A stretch of DNA of 64,000 nucleotides from Podospora anserina (lineage: Eukaryota). The stretch is taken from the NCBI GenBank assembly GCA_017654855.1, contig CM030334.1, positions 1,054,001-1,118,000 on the forward strand, in the 5' to 3' direction. Under the pieces are notes generated by a model. It ran no database searches. It was not told where the DNA came from and worked only from the letters and a program-made list of their open reading frames with translations. Each line of letters starts with the position of its first letter. Position 1 is the stretch's first letter. Positions 49,801 through 62,572 of this stretch are shown one piece after another. The position numbers were made by a program, and so were the translations under genes.

Positions 49801-51692
49801 TACGGGGCTTTGCACTGCAGTTCGCAACGCTCCTTGACCTGGGATCGAGCAGCTACAAGGCTTTGCCATCGTTTGGCAGGAACTGTGCTTTGTGTCATAC
49901 CAAAAGGACGTGCTTGGCACGGGGCCAAGGCAAGGGGGTATATCTTCACACTTTGCTCTCTTTTTGGTGCGTCTGTTCTTCCCAACCCTTACGCAATGGG
50001 GAAGGACTCGATCTTCAAAGCGGAGGCTGACCATCAGGCTTCCAACACAGACCTCCAAAGAAGCCAATTGCCACACGATCTGCCCTAGGTCAAGTGTTTG
50101 CCATCTCTGTTCTCAGCGAGTCCGAAGCCATCTGGCGTGCATTCTCCTGCACACTTGCGAGCGTTTCCCTGCATTGCCGTCGCTGGAGACGTCTAGCATC
50201 CAAGTCATGGCGATGCGATATGTCAACTCGACTTCATCTGCCTGCACGCATGCCTCGGTAAGTACCACCTGCCTCGCTATCCAGGGTGCGATGGGCATGA
50301 GAAGCTTTGCATTTTGCCCCGACGGGTTAACAAGCCCAACAATTGCCCTCGAAGCCAACCGCCTCTGATTAAGGCACAGGCACCCGTCCACCACCTGCAG
50401 CACCTCGTGAACCACCAAACAAGGGGCAGTCGACACCATATCTTGCCTGTCATCTCTCAGCAAGGCCCTTTGAAGCAGTGGATCCTGAACCAAGATTTAC
50501 TGACCGGCCTCCTTTGCTTGCAATTCGTCTTGGGCCTGAGCACTTGCTACCTTGAGAGGTCGACATTCACGCCCGCCATCACCACCTCGACTGCTCACAA
50601 AGTTGCCTTTACAGATGATGGCCACGTCGGAAGCCTGTACAGTCTCTCGACGAAACTCGCCTCTAGACATTCACCCATTGCATGTTCTTCTCGGTCGCAA
50701 CATCAAGCTCGACACCCAGTTTTGGGTCCAAGATATACTCGGCATCTCCAATCTACCCGCAGCCACCCTTGCGCTCGCACAAGACATACCTTCACAAGGG
50801 GTCTCTTTTGGGGACCGAGAGCTTCCCATCGTGGATTTGTCATTCAAGATGGGTCGCTGATGACCACAGCGCCTGCCTCTTTTCCCAAGTGCGTCGTCGG
50901 CCACCGCATAGGCATTCCGTCTCAGGTATCTCCCCGATGTTAGGTCGACAGCTTCTGTCTTCTTCATCATACCACGCCAGGTTTTCGAGGCGGCGGGCAA
51001 GCAGTCGAGATGTCTGAAACCATCAAAGTTGACCACAGCAGCCACCATGGCTCCCTCGGAGAGTTAGCCGGCACCCCAAGAAGAGGCTCCAGCGCGAGGG
51101 TCTGGCCCGCAAGAGCTTCGCCAGTTGCTTGGTGCCTGGGTGGCACGTTGTGATAGCCCCGCGAGGGGGCTACCGTTGGGTACCGCACACGGACAAAATA
51201 ATGGAGTCTGCTACAGGTCGTTGGTGGTACGGCCTGTGGTGTTGGGATGACTGCATGGTTCTCCGGATCCAGCACGACCAGCACGTTACCTGTGCGCGTG
51301 AGCGAGCGAGCGAGATAGGGAGAGGGTCAAGTTCGTGGTGGTGTGGGGGCCGTTGAAAAAGTCTTGGGCTTGCTGTGTTCGGGTGCCTCTTCGGCTAAGG
51401 AATAGTGTTATCAACATAGTTAGTGACATTTTGGGGTCTCATGCCTGTGTGTCTATGCTTGCTGTGAAAGTGGTGATGAGCTGACCATCCAAAATGCCAA
51501 CAATTTTCGTTGTCGTGTTGCCTTCAGCTGTATGGAACCATTGCACCATCACTCTACCAGTCGCTGGGATCATGCAGTCTCTCCTTCAAGTCTTCAATGT
51601 CATCATTTATGTACCATCGTTCCAACGTAAATACATTTCTCTTCTGTCCTTTGGCCCCCCAGCCGTCCTGTAACCCCGGCTTCTTGCTGTCT

Positions 51693-54414
51693 TTACAAAT
51701 GCGCCCTCCCCTCCAACGTCCTCCTCTTCTTCTTCTCCCTCTGACTCCTCTCCAGCACCCTCTCCTCCTCCGCACTCAACCTAGCCGGCGCATTCAACCC
51801 CTTGGCCTTCTTCCCCCCGTCCACCCCCCTCACGGCCTCCTCCCACAGCTTCTGCCCCAGCTCATCCGTCAACCGGATCACTCGTGTACTCACCGTCGCC
51901 CCATCCCGTCTGTTCTTCCCCTCCCTCCTGCTCGAAGCAATCTTTTCGGTAAAGTCCCACAGCTTCCCCGACGCGGTCAAGTTACCCGTCACCTCATCCC
52001 TCCTCGGCCTCCACTCGGGCGACACCCGGAGCCTCGGGGGGATCCTCGAGTCTTTAGACCTGACCACCTGGATGATCCCCTCCTCCTCAAACCGCTGGTA
52101 CGAGTTCTTGAGCGTTTCCTTGTTTACGGCTTCAAAGTAGGAGAGGTCGCCTTGGTGGTAGAGGGTTTTGCCCAACTGTCGAACAAATGTTAGCAAGCTG
52201 GTGGGAGGAGAAGGGGGGAGGGGGGAAAACATGCAAACTGAGCCGAATCCTGCGCCCGGGAGACTTGGATCCAGACGTCATCTTTTTGTCCCAGGGGCGG
52301 CGTCAAACCCATCAGCGAGACGGCTGCCAACCAAGAGGCTTCGATAAACGGCCAGATGAGGAAGCAGTAAAAGTCGTAATTCTCTCGGCCGGCTGCGCGC
52401 TCCGCGTCGGAGAGGCCGATCTTGGTTATGTTCCGCTGCTCGTCGCGCTCAATCATGATGATGTTGTCCGCCTCAAGGCCGGCGAGGGTGCGCTCGAGGT
52501 TCACCTGGAGGCCTTCGCCGCTGTAAATAAACTCGCCGCGGAAGAGGGAGGAGAGGAAGAGGACTTGGTCACGGAGCTCCTTGTAGGGTATATCCTGGAT
52601 GGCCGGGCCACCCCCCTGCTTGACCTTTGTGTAGAGCGCTGCTGCGACCAAGGCTTCCGAAATAAAAAGGTGGATGGTCATGTTGCGGTAAAAGGAGAGC
52701 TGGAAGCGGTCGACGGCGTAGTAGGTCGGTTCGGCGAGGCCTTCGACCACGCCGACGAGGTCTTTCCCGAGGACTTCGAGCCCGCGCTCGATGACGTCCG
52801 AGAGGGGGAGGTTGCCAAAGTGGGCGACGCGGCCGCCTTTGGCCCTGACCCTTTCCGTGAGCCACTCCACCCGGCGGATGAGTTCGGCCCGGCCGACGCC
52901 GCGGCCTCGGAGGGTGAGGAGAACGGTGCCGATGAGGGCGGTGGGCATGACGACCGAGACGTCGTTGATGTCTGCCAGGACCTTGTAACCAAGCGTTCGA
53001 AGCAGTTTTTGCCTGACAACCTGGTTCTTGGTGTCTGTCCAATCGACGTGGATAGCAGACGGGACCTTGCTCAGCCTGCTGATCTGGTCATCGATGAACC
53101 CCCTTAAACTCCACGGCTCATGAAACCTCACATCCACCCTCCCCAGCCTCAAGCTCAGCACATTCGACCCCCCCGACAAGAAATCCGCCAAGTTCTCCTT
53201 CTTCTTGGGCACGCCAAGCAACTCGGTGACATAGCCCTCCGTCTCGATAACCTTGTCATACTGCGTCGAAACCGGACAAATAATCGCATCCTCAACCCTC
53301 CCACTCAGCAAGCTATCCAACACAAAGCTCAAGATCCCAAACTTTGGCGGCAGCAGCTTCCCCGTCCTCGACCGCCCCCCCTCGATAAAACACTCCAGAT
53401 TATACCCCCCCTGCAACAAGACATCAATATACGCCTGCACCAGCGTCGTATAAAGCTGATCATCCCCAAAGCTCCTCCTGATATACATGGCCCCCGCATG
53501 CTGCAAGAAGCTGCCCACCAGGGGAAAGTTCAGATTATCCCCCGCCACCACCACCGGCAGCGCCAGCCCCAGCCGATAACACAGCAACTGCTGCGCAACA
53601 TAATCCACATGCGACCTGTGACACGGCAGGAAAATAATACTCTGTTTCTTCTTCTCCGCCTCCTCGGCCACATTCCTCAGCCTCAACACCTCCTCGCTAG
53701 AGACGTGGATGCCCTGGTGGTACGCCCTCAGCAACAACTGCGTGACGAGGTAGTACGCCCCGCGGATGAAAGTCTTGCTCTCAAACTTGCAAATCATGTT
53801 ATCCGTCAGGTGTTCGGCGACTTCTTGTAAGCCCTGGACCAACTCGGCGCGTCTCTTGGCTTTTCTGATCTCGTATTCCCTGCCTGAACTTGGGGGTGGG
53901 AGGAGGCCTTGTTTTTCCTCTACCGAAATGCGCAGGTCGGCGAGCTGGGCGATTTTGGTTTGGAGGACGGTGGCGGACATGACTTGGGTTTTGATGTGCT
54001 CGGAGAAGCCGTTGTAGAAGATTGGCTGGCCGATCACGTCGTCGTAGGCGCGCCAGCCTGTTCCGGACACGTAAAGGGAGACATCGCGGAGGAAGCTGGA
54101 CCAGGAGGGGTCAGTACTTGGGGAGGGGAGGAAGGAGATTGCCGAGGGGGATGGGGTGGGGAGGTCGGACATGGTTGGTTGGTGATGATGGCCGTGGTGA
54201 AGAGGGAGAAGAAGGGGGAAGAGGGAAAAGGGAAAGACAAGGCGTACCGTAACGGCTCGGAGCGGAAGCGGGCTACGTTCTTCATCAACGCCTCGTCTTT
54301 TTCATCTTTGTCTTTGGGGGGCTCGACGAATCCACTTGGTTGAAGTGTAATTCTGTCGCCGAGGATGCGCAGGTCTGGGGCCGAGTCGTGGCGGTCGCGG
54401 TCGTCGGGGGCCAT
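51693..54414 (-). CDS. Glycerol-3-phosphate/dihydroxyacetone-phosphate acyltransferase (PlsB/GNPAT type), 3 exons
   Basis: FLPCHRSHVD, GAMYIRRSF, FIEGGRSRTGK; introns ~54096-54246 (GT-AG) and 52176-52234 (GC-AG). Confidence 0.93.
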
Positions 54415-55173
54415 TTTCGGTGAGAGTATCGGTGTTCTAGGAGAAAGTCGTCTTTCGCGCGCTTGTGGTTGGTGTATGGGAGGTGTAAGTGACGTTCTTG
54501 AAGGAGGGATGTTCGAATCGCGGGACAGCGGGACACAAGACTATCTCTCTAGAACTATCTTTCACACGGAAACGTTTTTCCTTGTTGTCAAAACAGAGAA
54601 ATTGGGTTTCGATTCGGACTGAGAGAAGAGACGGCGCAAAAGATTAAGATGTTCAAGAGAGGTGGATCAGCTTAGATATGACTTCATCCACCGTCACTTG
54701 TCAACAGCAACAACAGAAGCACGTGAAGAAAGCCAGCAAAAACAAGAGATTCACGGGGACGACAGACACTTTCCAGGTTGGAATATGCCGTTGCTTCCCG
54801 AGGCAGGGCACATGTGGCACAGTGGCACACACACTAGAGTGCCCAAAGCCTGGCCTGGAGCTCGGAAGGGAGCCCGGCAGGGGATCCAGGCTCAAGGTGC
54901 TTTAGCGGGGACGCCACTTGTTTCCCCGGTGGGGAGGGAGGGGAAGGTAAAGTTGGGGAAGAGGGGCCGAAGCAGCGAATAAGCGAGCTGTGATTGGCTC
55001 ACATGCTAAATTCTCCAGCACCCAAGCTTTTTGGCGTGAACTGCCCGAGCTGCCCCAATTGGAGCTCCACGCAAAAAAAAAGTCATCCACTGTCACAATC
55101 GCATTCTCCAACCCAAGAATTGCAATTGCATCACCATCCATCCACTGCGACACATACATCCAGTCGCATCACT

Positions 55174-55878
55174 ATGATAGTCCCAACGAAAAAGGACCAC
55201 CAGTCCATAGCAGCCGACCTCCTCAACCGCGCCTTCGAGCCAGAAGAAGCAACCAAGATCCTCACCGAGAAAGTCATCCAGCGACCCCTCTTCCTCTGCC
55301 CGACCTCCCCCCCTCCGGCCGATGCCCGTCGCGCCCGACATCTCGCGGCGAAAAGAGCGAAAGAACAGCGCCGAGCAAAGGCACTCAAACCCAAGCCCAT
55401 CTCAGCCACCCAGCGAAAAAAGCAAGGCCTCTACCAAATCCCAAAACAAGGACAGAAATACGCCCTCTTCGAACCGCTACATAACCTATGGCTAGGCTAC
55501 ATTCGAGAAATCCTCGGAAGCGAAGTCTACACCGGAGGAGAAGCCGCCGCTGCTAAGCTCGCCAGCGCTGACTTCCACGGCGCCGGGGTCGAGGTGGTGA
55601 GAAGTGGGTGCGTCAGTCGGGTTGGCATCAAGGGGATTGTGGTCAAGGACGGGAAGTTTGCGTTTGAGATGATAACGGTGAAGAACAAGGTCAAGGTGGT
55701 GCCGAAGGAGGGGACGATTTTTCGAGTCGAGGTGCCGGTGCCGGTGATTACCAAGACGGGAGAAGAAGAGAAAAAGGAGTCGAGAATGGTGTTTGAGCTT
55801 CATGGGGATCAGTTCCAGTTTCGATCGGCGGATAGGGCGACGAGGAAGTTTAGGGCGCACTTTTCAAAGACGCTTTAG
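55174..55878 (+). CDS. POP4: RNase P/MRP subunit Pop4/Rpp29
   Basis: FEPLHNLWLGYI, KLASADFHGA.VEVVRS, GIKGIVV, VPKEGTIF, LHGDQFQFRSADRA.RKF. Confidence 0.93.
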   Translation: MIVPTKKDHQSIAADLLNRAFEPEEATKILTEKVIQRPLFLCPTSPPPADARRARHLAAKRAKEQRRAKALKPKPISATQRKKQGLYQIPKQGQKYALFEPLHNLWLGYIREILGSEVYTGGEAAAAKLASADFHGAGVEVVRSGCVSRVGIKGIVVKDGKFAFEMITVKNKVKVVPKEGTIFRVEVPVPVITKTGEEEKKESRMVFELHGDQFQFRSADRATRKFRAHFSKTL

Positions 55879-56878
55879 GTTTTGGGAGATGACTGTGATC
55901 GTGTGGGTTAAACTCGATTACATTCTGGCTATGAATGGCCTGGCGTTCTAAAGGCCTGCTAGGAGATGTAGCTATATATCCCAGCCTCTAGTACTAAAGG
56001 TGTGTCGCTCCTTTCATTCATCTCAAGCCGTTATAAACCTACACATCAACTACAGTCAAGGAGACGATAAGACGCTGCCACCGCACACAGTTATCTCTCA
56101 CATGGTCTGCGGTCGGCCAGATGGGCTCAGCAAGAGGGAGGGTGGAGAGGCATGGTTTTTAACAAGAAACCAGGCCACGCTGTCTACCTAGTCGAGACTG
56201 AGGAGCAGATGCATAATGTTTCGCGACCACAACAGTTTCGACACCCAGCAGTAGCAGTCAGGGGAAAGCAAAGACCATCTTGGTAAAGCTTCCTTCACCA
56301 CGACCAGGCACATCAACCCGCCAGCAAGCAAGCGAGGATGGCGATGGTGAATGGCGAAAGCTGGTCGACAAGAACGGTCCAGTCTCATCCGCGCTGTGGC
56401 GCTCTTCGATCCGACTGCGCCGCGTTGTACAAGACCGACAAAGCACTGGGGTTTGACACAGCAAGATGTGCTGTGGCGTTGAAAATAAAGCTTGGGTCGC
56501 GGGTAGGGTCACCGACGGTCGAGGCCCCGGCAATGGGGGGAGGATCATGGATTGGATTGATGGGTTTGGAGACATTTTGCGAGTTTGATGTGCGAGAGAA
56601 TTTATACGCGCCTCCTGGTTGTTTGGGGAGGCAGAATGGGGAGGATGAGTATAGGTGGGTATATCTAGACTGCCCACCGCCAGCGTTTGGGGGGGGGGGG
56701 TCTGATTTTGATTTGGTTCACTCACTCAACACGCGCTCATTTTCTCATTCTCTCGCAGTCGGTTATCAACTCCAACTCGCAGCTGGTCTGCCATTCTATC
56801 GTTTTTTTTCTTCTTTTTGTTTTTCGATTCCGCTCTTTCGCCGGTTATTCACTTGATACTTACCATCTATCCGCCAAA

Positions 56879-57397
56879 ATGAAGTTCTCCCCAACCCTCC
56901 TCTTGCTGTCAGCGACCTCCCCCCTCGCATTGGCTATCGCCTCCCATCAAGACAACCCCGCCGTCCCTGCCCCCTCTGGCTCTGGTACTCCTGTCCTGCG
57001 TCGCTCTGACGCGGGTGACACGGCAGTCAACGCCCGCCAGCGTCGCGCTATGCTTCGAATGCGGCAACCGGGGACGGCTGATGATGAGGCTGTCGCTTAC
57101 ACGACTGAGGCAGCAGCGCCTGCCAGTACTACCGAACCCCCAGCTGAGGAGGATGTGACCGAAGAGGAAGAATGTGTAGATGTTGAAGTCCCGGATCTTG
57201 CGAACGGCACGCTGCCTCTCAATGGGACAGAAGGAGGGAACGGGACGGCGAACGGGACGACGTTGTCAGAGCAGGAGTTGAAGGTCAAGAGGATGGTCAA
57301 GGTCAAGCTGCCGGATTATAGACGGGATGGGGAGGGGGTCAAGGAGAGGGATGCTGAGGCTGAGCTGGGGGTAAGTTATCACCTGGTAGACCAATGA
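56879..57397 (+). CDS. Secreted acidic/low-complexity protein
   Basis: caaaATG start; signal peptide MKFSPTLLLLSATSPLALA; dibasic sites; several N-glycosylation sequons. Confidence 0.75.
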   Translation: MKFSPTLLLLSATSPLALAIASHQDNPAVPAPSGSGTPVLRRSDAGDTAVNARQRRAMLRMRQPGTADDEAVAYTTEAAAPASTTEPPAEEDVTEEEECVDVEVPDLANGTLPLNGTEGGNGTANGTTLSEQELKVKRMVKVKLPDYRRDGEGVKERDAEAELGVSYHLVDQ

Positions 57398-57633
57398 AGA
57401 TCGAGAGCTGACGAGATGAAATAGTTGACTGCTTCGATTGCCAAGCTGCTGAGGTGGTAGATACTCTACGACCCGGTTTTGGGGTCGTGATTGTACGATA
57501 GGGACGACAGCATGTCTGGATATCGGCATACAGGACGGTGGCACTGAAGGATGTAATATGGTTGCATGGAAAGGAGTTTTGCACATGGATTTGTCCTCAC
57601 CTAGACCCGTAAAAAGCAACGCTGGTCGTGACC

Positions 57634-57740
57634 AAAAAGAAAAAAAACAGAAAAGAAAAAGAAAAAAAAAAGAAACAAGAGAGAAAAAGGAAAAAAAAGA
57701 GAAAAAAAAGAGAAAAAAAAGAAAGAAAAAAGAAAAAGAA
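57634..57740. repeat. A-rich polypurine tract
   Basis: ~105 bp of almost only A/G between convergent genes. Confidence 0.9.
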
Positions 57741-57897
57741 CCAAAAGCCTAGAAATCGTACATCTATCTCCATCTCTATCGTGAAAATGTCTCGCTTCGC
57801 TGTCTATACCCCTCCCGCTGTAAGCTCCCAACTCCCTACTCCAACATGTGTGTCAAAAGACAAAAAATGATGCCCACCCTATATTTTCTTCTCTGCC

Positions 57898-59136
57898 TTA
57901 TTCCTCCTTCCCCCCCTCGGGCTCCAAAATAATATTATCAATCAACCTCACCGCCGGCCCCCCACTGTGCCCCAAATCCTCCCCCTCCCTCGCCTTCTCA
58001 ACAGGCAACATCTTGATCGCCCCACTCAAAATCCCCCCCCTCGCCGGATCAACCTCCTCAATCTCCTCCATAGTATCTGGATCCGCCAGCGAGATGTAAT
58101 CAACCTCAAACCTCACCCTCTCCTCCACCCCCTTCCCCTCCTCCTCCCTCTTCACCCCCTCCACCACCCCCTCCGCAGCCCTCAAAATCCCCCCCCTCTT
58201 CCTCACCCCCCTTTTATACTCGCCCTCCGCCGCTTTCAACGCCCGATAGAGCACCGTCGCCTTTTGTCTCCTCCTCTCCCCAAGATAAACATTCCTCGAA
58301 CTCAACGCCAACCCATCCTTTTCATCCCGTTCCGTCCTCCCAACCACAACCTCGATCGGCATCATAAAATCCCTCACCAACCTTTTTATGACGACCGTCT
58401 GCTGCACATCCTTCTGCCCGAAATAAACCCTCTCCGGCTGCACAACATTGAACAGCTTCATGCACACCGTCGCGACCCCCCTGAAGAAAGTCGGCCTCGT
58501 CCTCCCCTCCAGCAGCTCGCCCACCGGTGTGATGGTGACAAAACTGCCCTTGCTGTCGACCTCCTGACCGGGAAATCCACCGGGGTACATCTCTTTTGTG
58601 CTCGGGGCAAACACCGCAGAGATACGGCCTAGGTTATCACCGTCGTCGGCGAGTTCCCTGTCGAGTTTCACTAGTTGAGCCACGTCGCTGTCCCAGGTCT
58701 GCGGGTACGAGTCCAAGTCTTCGGATATGCCGAACTGGGCGGGGTTGACGTAGATTGATACCACGACGTGGTGGTTTTCTCTTGCGGCTCGACGGATGAG
58801 GGAGAGGTGGCCTGAGTGGAGGGCGCCCATCGTGGGCACGAGGGCGACGGTGCGGTGGTCGAGGAGGTGGGGGCGGCGCCAGAGGCGGACGGAGGAGGTG
58901 GTGCGGAGGAGGCGGACGGGGGAGGAGGGGAGTTTTTCCAGGCCTCCTTTTGAGGAGGAGGAGGAACACGACGAGGCCATGGTGCGGGAAGTGACTTTCG
59001 GGATGAAGGTACAGGATCGGGAGACGGCGCGTGAGGTTGTCGTCGGGAAGGTCTTGGAGAAAGCGGTGGTGATGATGGCGGGGCGGAGGAGGACTGTGTG
59101 CCGGATTAGGGCGGCGGCGTTTGCTGTGTGAGGCAT
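57898..59136 (-). CDS. PAN6: Pantoate-beta-alanine ligase
   Basis: VPTMGALHSGH, SIYVNPAQF, RPTFFRGVATV, FGQKD.QQ, GLALSSRN, VRLIDN. Confidence 0.97.
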   Translation of the reverse strand: MPHTANAAALIRHTVLLRPAIITTAFSKTFPTTTSRAVSRSCTFIPKVTSRTMASSCSSSSSKGGLEKLPSSPVRLLRTTSSVRLWRRPHLLDHRTVALVPTMGALHSGHLSLIRRAARENHHVVVSIYVNPAQFGISEDLDSYPQTWDSDVAQLVKLDRELADDGDNLGRISAVFAPSTKEMYPGGFPGQEVDSKGSFVTITPVGELLEGRTRPTFFRGVATVCMKLFNVVQPERVYFGQKDVQQTVVIKRLVRDFMMPIEVVVGRTERDEKDGLALSSRNVYLGERRRQKATVLYRALKAAEGEYKRGVRKRGGILRAAEGVVEGVKREEEGKGVEERVRFEVDYISLADPDTMEEIEEVDPARGGILSGAIKMLPVEKAREGEDLGHSGGPAVRLIDNIILEPEGGKEE

Positions 59137-59619
59137 TGAACCGGTGAGGGTTGCGGGATTGGAAGGTGAGGGGACAGGGAAGGAAGGGAAAGAAAAAAGC
59201 GCAATCTGACCGCCATTGCGCAGCGCGATTCCGAGGCGGAGTCAACTTAAAAGAGAGGGAGGGCAATGTTCGTGATGGTTTCTGCCGCGGATTTCTGAGG
59301 ACGGCGCGCGGGCGGGACATGGGATGGGTCCGCTGGAGAGGAAGGGGGTGGGCTTGGCAGGGGTAGGGTTGGGTTTTTTTTTTTTTTTTTTTTTTACAGA
59401 AAAGAGCCGTTAGTATGGGGCAACATGGCGCCTATTCTGTACAGACCCCCTGAATTCACTGCTCCAAAGTCACAAAGCAAGGCGTAGTTAGAAGATACAA
59501 TAGCACATCGGCTGGATGGGAAAACAGTGATGCCAGACAGCGATACATTTAACCCTCCAACAATAACAACTATACAATGGGTATCAGCGCCTTTTCCCTT
59601 CTGTCCCAAATCTCCCCAT

Positions 59620-62572
59620 TCAAACGCCCCAAGAATGAACCCCCCTCCTCTCCTCCCTCCCTGCCCCCTCACCCGACGAACTCCCAACCTCGCCTCCATT
59701 AGGCCTCACATACCAGTTCTGATAAGGGTGCTCCCGATCCCTAAAATCCGCCCCCTTCGACAAAGGGTTCGTCATCTTGGACGACGACCCCCCCATGGGC
59801 GGGCCCCCCGGCCCCCTCAGAAACGAATCCCCTATCCTCCCCACCCCCATCCCAACCCCCATCGTCACAGCCGGCAGCCCAGGCAGCGTCACCATCTGCC
59901 CCCCAAACGTCGCCGGCATCACATCCTTCACCTCCCACCCCTTCCTCAGCTCAGCCACCACCCCACCCAACCTCCACCCCGTCGACTTTTCAATCCTGCC
60001 CAATATCCCCAGCACCTCGTCCCTTTCCTGGGAACTATCCAACACGGCCCCCGCCACGGCCAGCCCCCTAATCGCCACGCTCCCCACCCCCTTATCCCCC
60101 ACCGCACTGGTGCTCACAATCCCGCAAACCTGCCGGCTGTGGTGCTTTTGGAGCGACCTGTTCTCCTCCGTGTCCCCCTTGTGAAGCGGGTTCGTCTGCG
60201 CGAGCAAAACCATGCAGACGTGGTAGAACAGCCGTCCTATAATCGCCGGCCTGCTCATCAACCACACGTTCGGAAACGCCGAGCGGGACGACGGGCCGGT
60301 GACGTACCCCGAGGGACGCATGCTCCTCGGACAGCGGTGATTCCACGCGTCCAGCAAAGATTTCAGTCTGGTCCACTCGGCGAAGCGGCCCTGGAGCCTG
60401 ACCTGCTCGTCGTGGGGGGTGGGCTCGTGATGTCGATGGTGATGACCGGGGTTGTGGAATTGGCTTGGGTGAAGGACGGGGATGGTTGGGGAGGAGGAGG
60501 CGCGGAAGTTGATCACTTTGGCGAGTATGTAGATTATTCTTTGGGCCCAGAGCTCCTCGTCCCCCGACGAGGCCTGGGCGGCCGGGCCGGAAAAGGAAGG
60601 GAGGTCGTCCCCGCGGTCGGGTTCCGAAGAGGCGATCACGCTTCCGTTGCCGGAGCTGCTTCCTACGATCCAGGTTGTGAATTCTAGGTCCATGCCCCAG
60701 TCGTCGGGCTCCCAGGAGGTGGTCCAGTTGAAGGAGAGGCACGACAAGACCTCGAGTCCGACGTTGAGCCAGAAGCAGGCTCGGGCGAGGCTGGAGGCGG
60801 AGCCGGCGCTGTAGTTGTTTTCTCGGATCAGCGCGCGGGCGCCGCGGATGTGTTCGAGGCGTTGCTGGCGCTGCTGGGCGGTGGATCGCTCGTCTGGGAG
60901 CTTGGACGGTTCTGTCTCGTTCATGATGTCGTAGACGTTAAGCACGACGGCGGTGATGCAGCATTCGTCCGTGTTGCGGTCGGGGTTTTGGAGCGACCGG
61001 AGGAGGAGGGAGGTTGAGGTGTCGTGGTAGACCCTCGCCCTGTCGCTCTCGGCGGCTCGGGAGGCCGGGGGAGACATGAGGGAGTGCTGCTTGACACCGC
61101 AGGCGAGGATGGCATTCAGGAGCATCGTCGACTTGAAGGCGAGTGATGGCACAACAGTGGAGAAGTGTTTGTCTTTGTCAAACACGTCCATCCAGACGGC
61201 CACGTCGTTGATGAAGACCTGCATGCAGTTGATCTCGTGTTCGGTGCTCAGGTAATCGCGCTCGCTCGTCGGGCTCTCGTCGCCGTTTTCGCTACAGGGC
61301 GTCATCGGGCCATCGCCATCGTTTTCTGGGTTCCGAGCATTGGATCCTTCAGGGACCAAAGAGGATGTCACGCTGGAGACATCGCTGTCTCTTCTTTGCT
61401 GTACCGGGTAGACTGGCCGGTGTTGCTGTAGCAAGTCTTCAAGCGCAAATGGGTGGTGGTGTGATTGCGGCGGCTGCGCGGGGTTTGGCACAAAAGGCTC
61501 GGTGTTCCTCACGGGCAACTGTGCCTGTACTTGACCATGGCCTCCGTTCAAATGGACCGGCTCTTGGTGGGTTGGTGGTTCGATTGCTATGGGGTAATAT
61601 GGTGCACGAGATGCTTCCGGGACACTGCTCAGACCTTTTGCGGCCTCGAAAGCAGAGGGATTCCCAGACGGAAGTGCGCCGCTGCCCTGCACATCTGCCG
61701 AAGCTTTTCTAGGCCGGGTGATGGGTGGAAAGTCGTCGATGGGCGAGACACCCAGGTCCTCATCCGGAACGTCGCTGTAGGATTCTAGCCCGCCCTTATA
61801 CCCGGATGCTATCTCTCGGGAATCGTCTTGGAACGTCACTATGAAGGCTCTGTCAGTCAAAGGAGGCAAACGGGTGGTGATGTTGGATCGCTATACCCAG
61901 CCAGTCTTTGCCTCGAGGAACGGTGCGAGGTGGCCCTTTGACCTGCTGATTCGTCTCTGCAAAGTTGAGCCGTACTCCTCGTTTGCACTGGCGGTTGCTC
62001 TTCAAGCAGTTGTTGCACACCGGTGCCCCCTCGTCGCACTTGACATGTCTATCGCGGCAGGTAAAGCACCCGGTCCGTACGCGGCGAGCTTTGCTGGTCT
62101 GTACAAACCTCCTGGTGGGCCTCTTGACCTGTGCATCAGCAACAGTTGCTGTAGTGAGAGGGTTCAGGGAGCGGACTCGCTTTGGCCGAGGAGGTGAGTT
62201 GTCTGGACTGCTGGACAGGGCCTCGGGGTGTGCCGGAGGGGTCAAGGAATGGGCTTCGGGATGGTAGTGCTGGTCGTCATGATAATTGTGCTGCTGATGA
62301 ATGTACAGGGTATGTAGATTGATGTTCGCCGTCATCGGGACTGCCCCTGGGACGAAGGAAGCCGTGCCGCCGTTGAAGGTCGCCAGTCTTTCCGCCGCGT
62401 CTCGACCCCGAGACGAACAAACCCGAGGTAGGTTTTTGTAGGGGGAGTCGATAGTGCTATGCGGCGATCCGTCAGGCGAACGGGGACTTGGTGTTTTGCT
62501 GAGGCTGATATGCTGATTCCCGTTACCGGGGCTTCCGCTTTCCCGGTTGGCGTTGCCGAACTCCGAGGCCAC
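59620..62572 (-). CDS. Zn(II)2Cys6 transcription factor with fungal-specific TF domain
   Basis: [31 protein letters not shown]; intron 61839-61896 joins the 749-aa ORF. Start uncertain (62572 is GTG; first in-frame ATG is 62335). Confidence 0.92.

Noticed and set aside
57558..57870. Lys-rich and Phe-rich short ORFs
   Set aside because: Artefacts of the A-rich tract.
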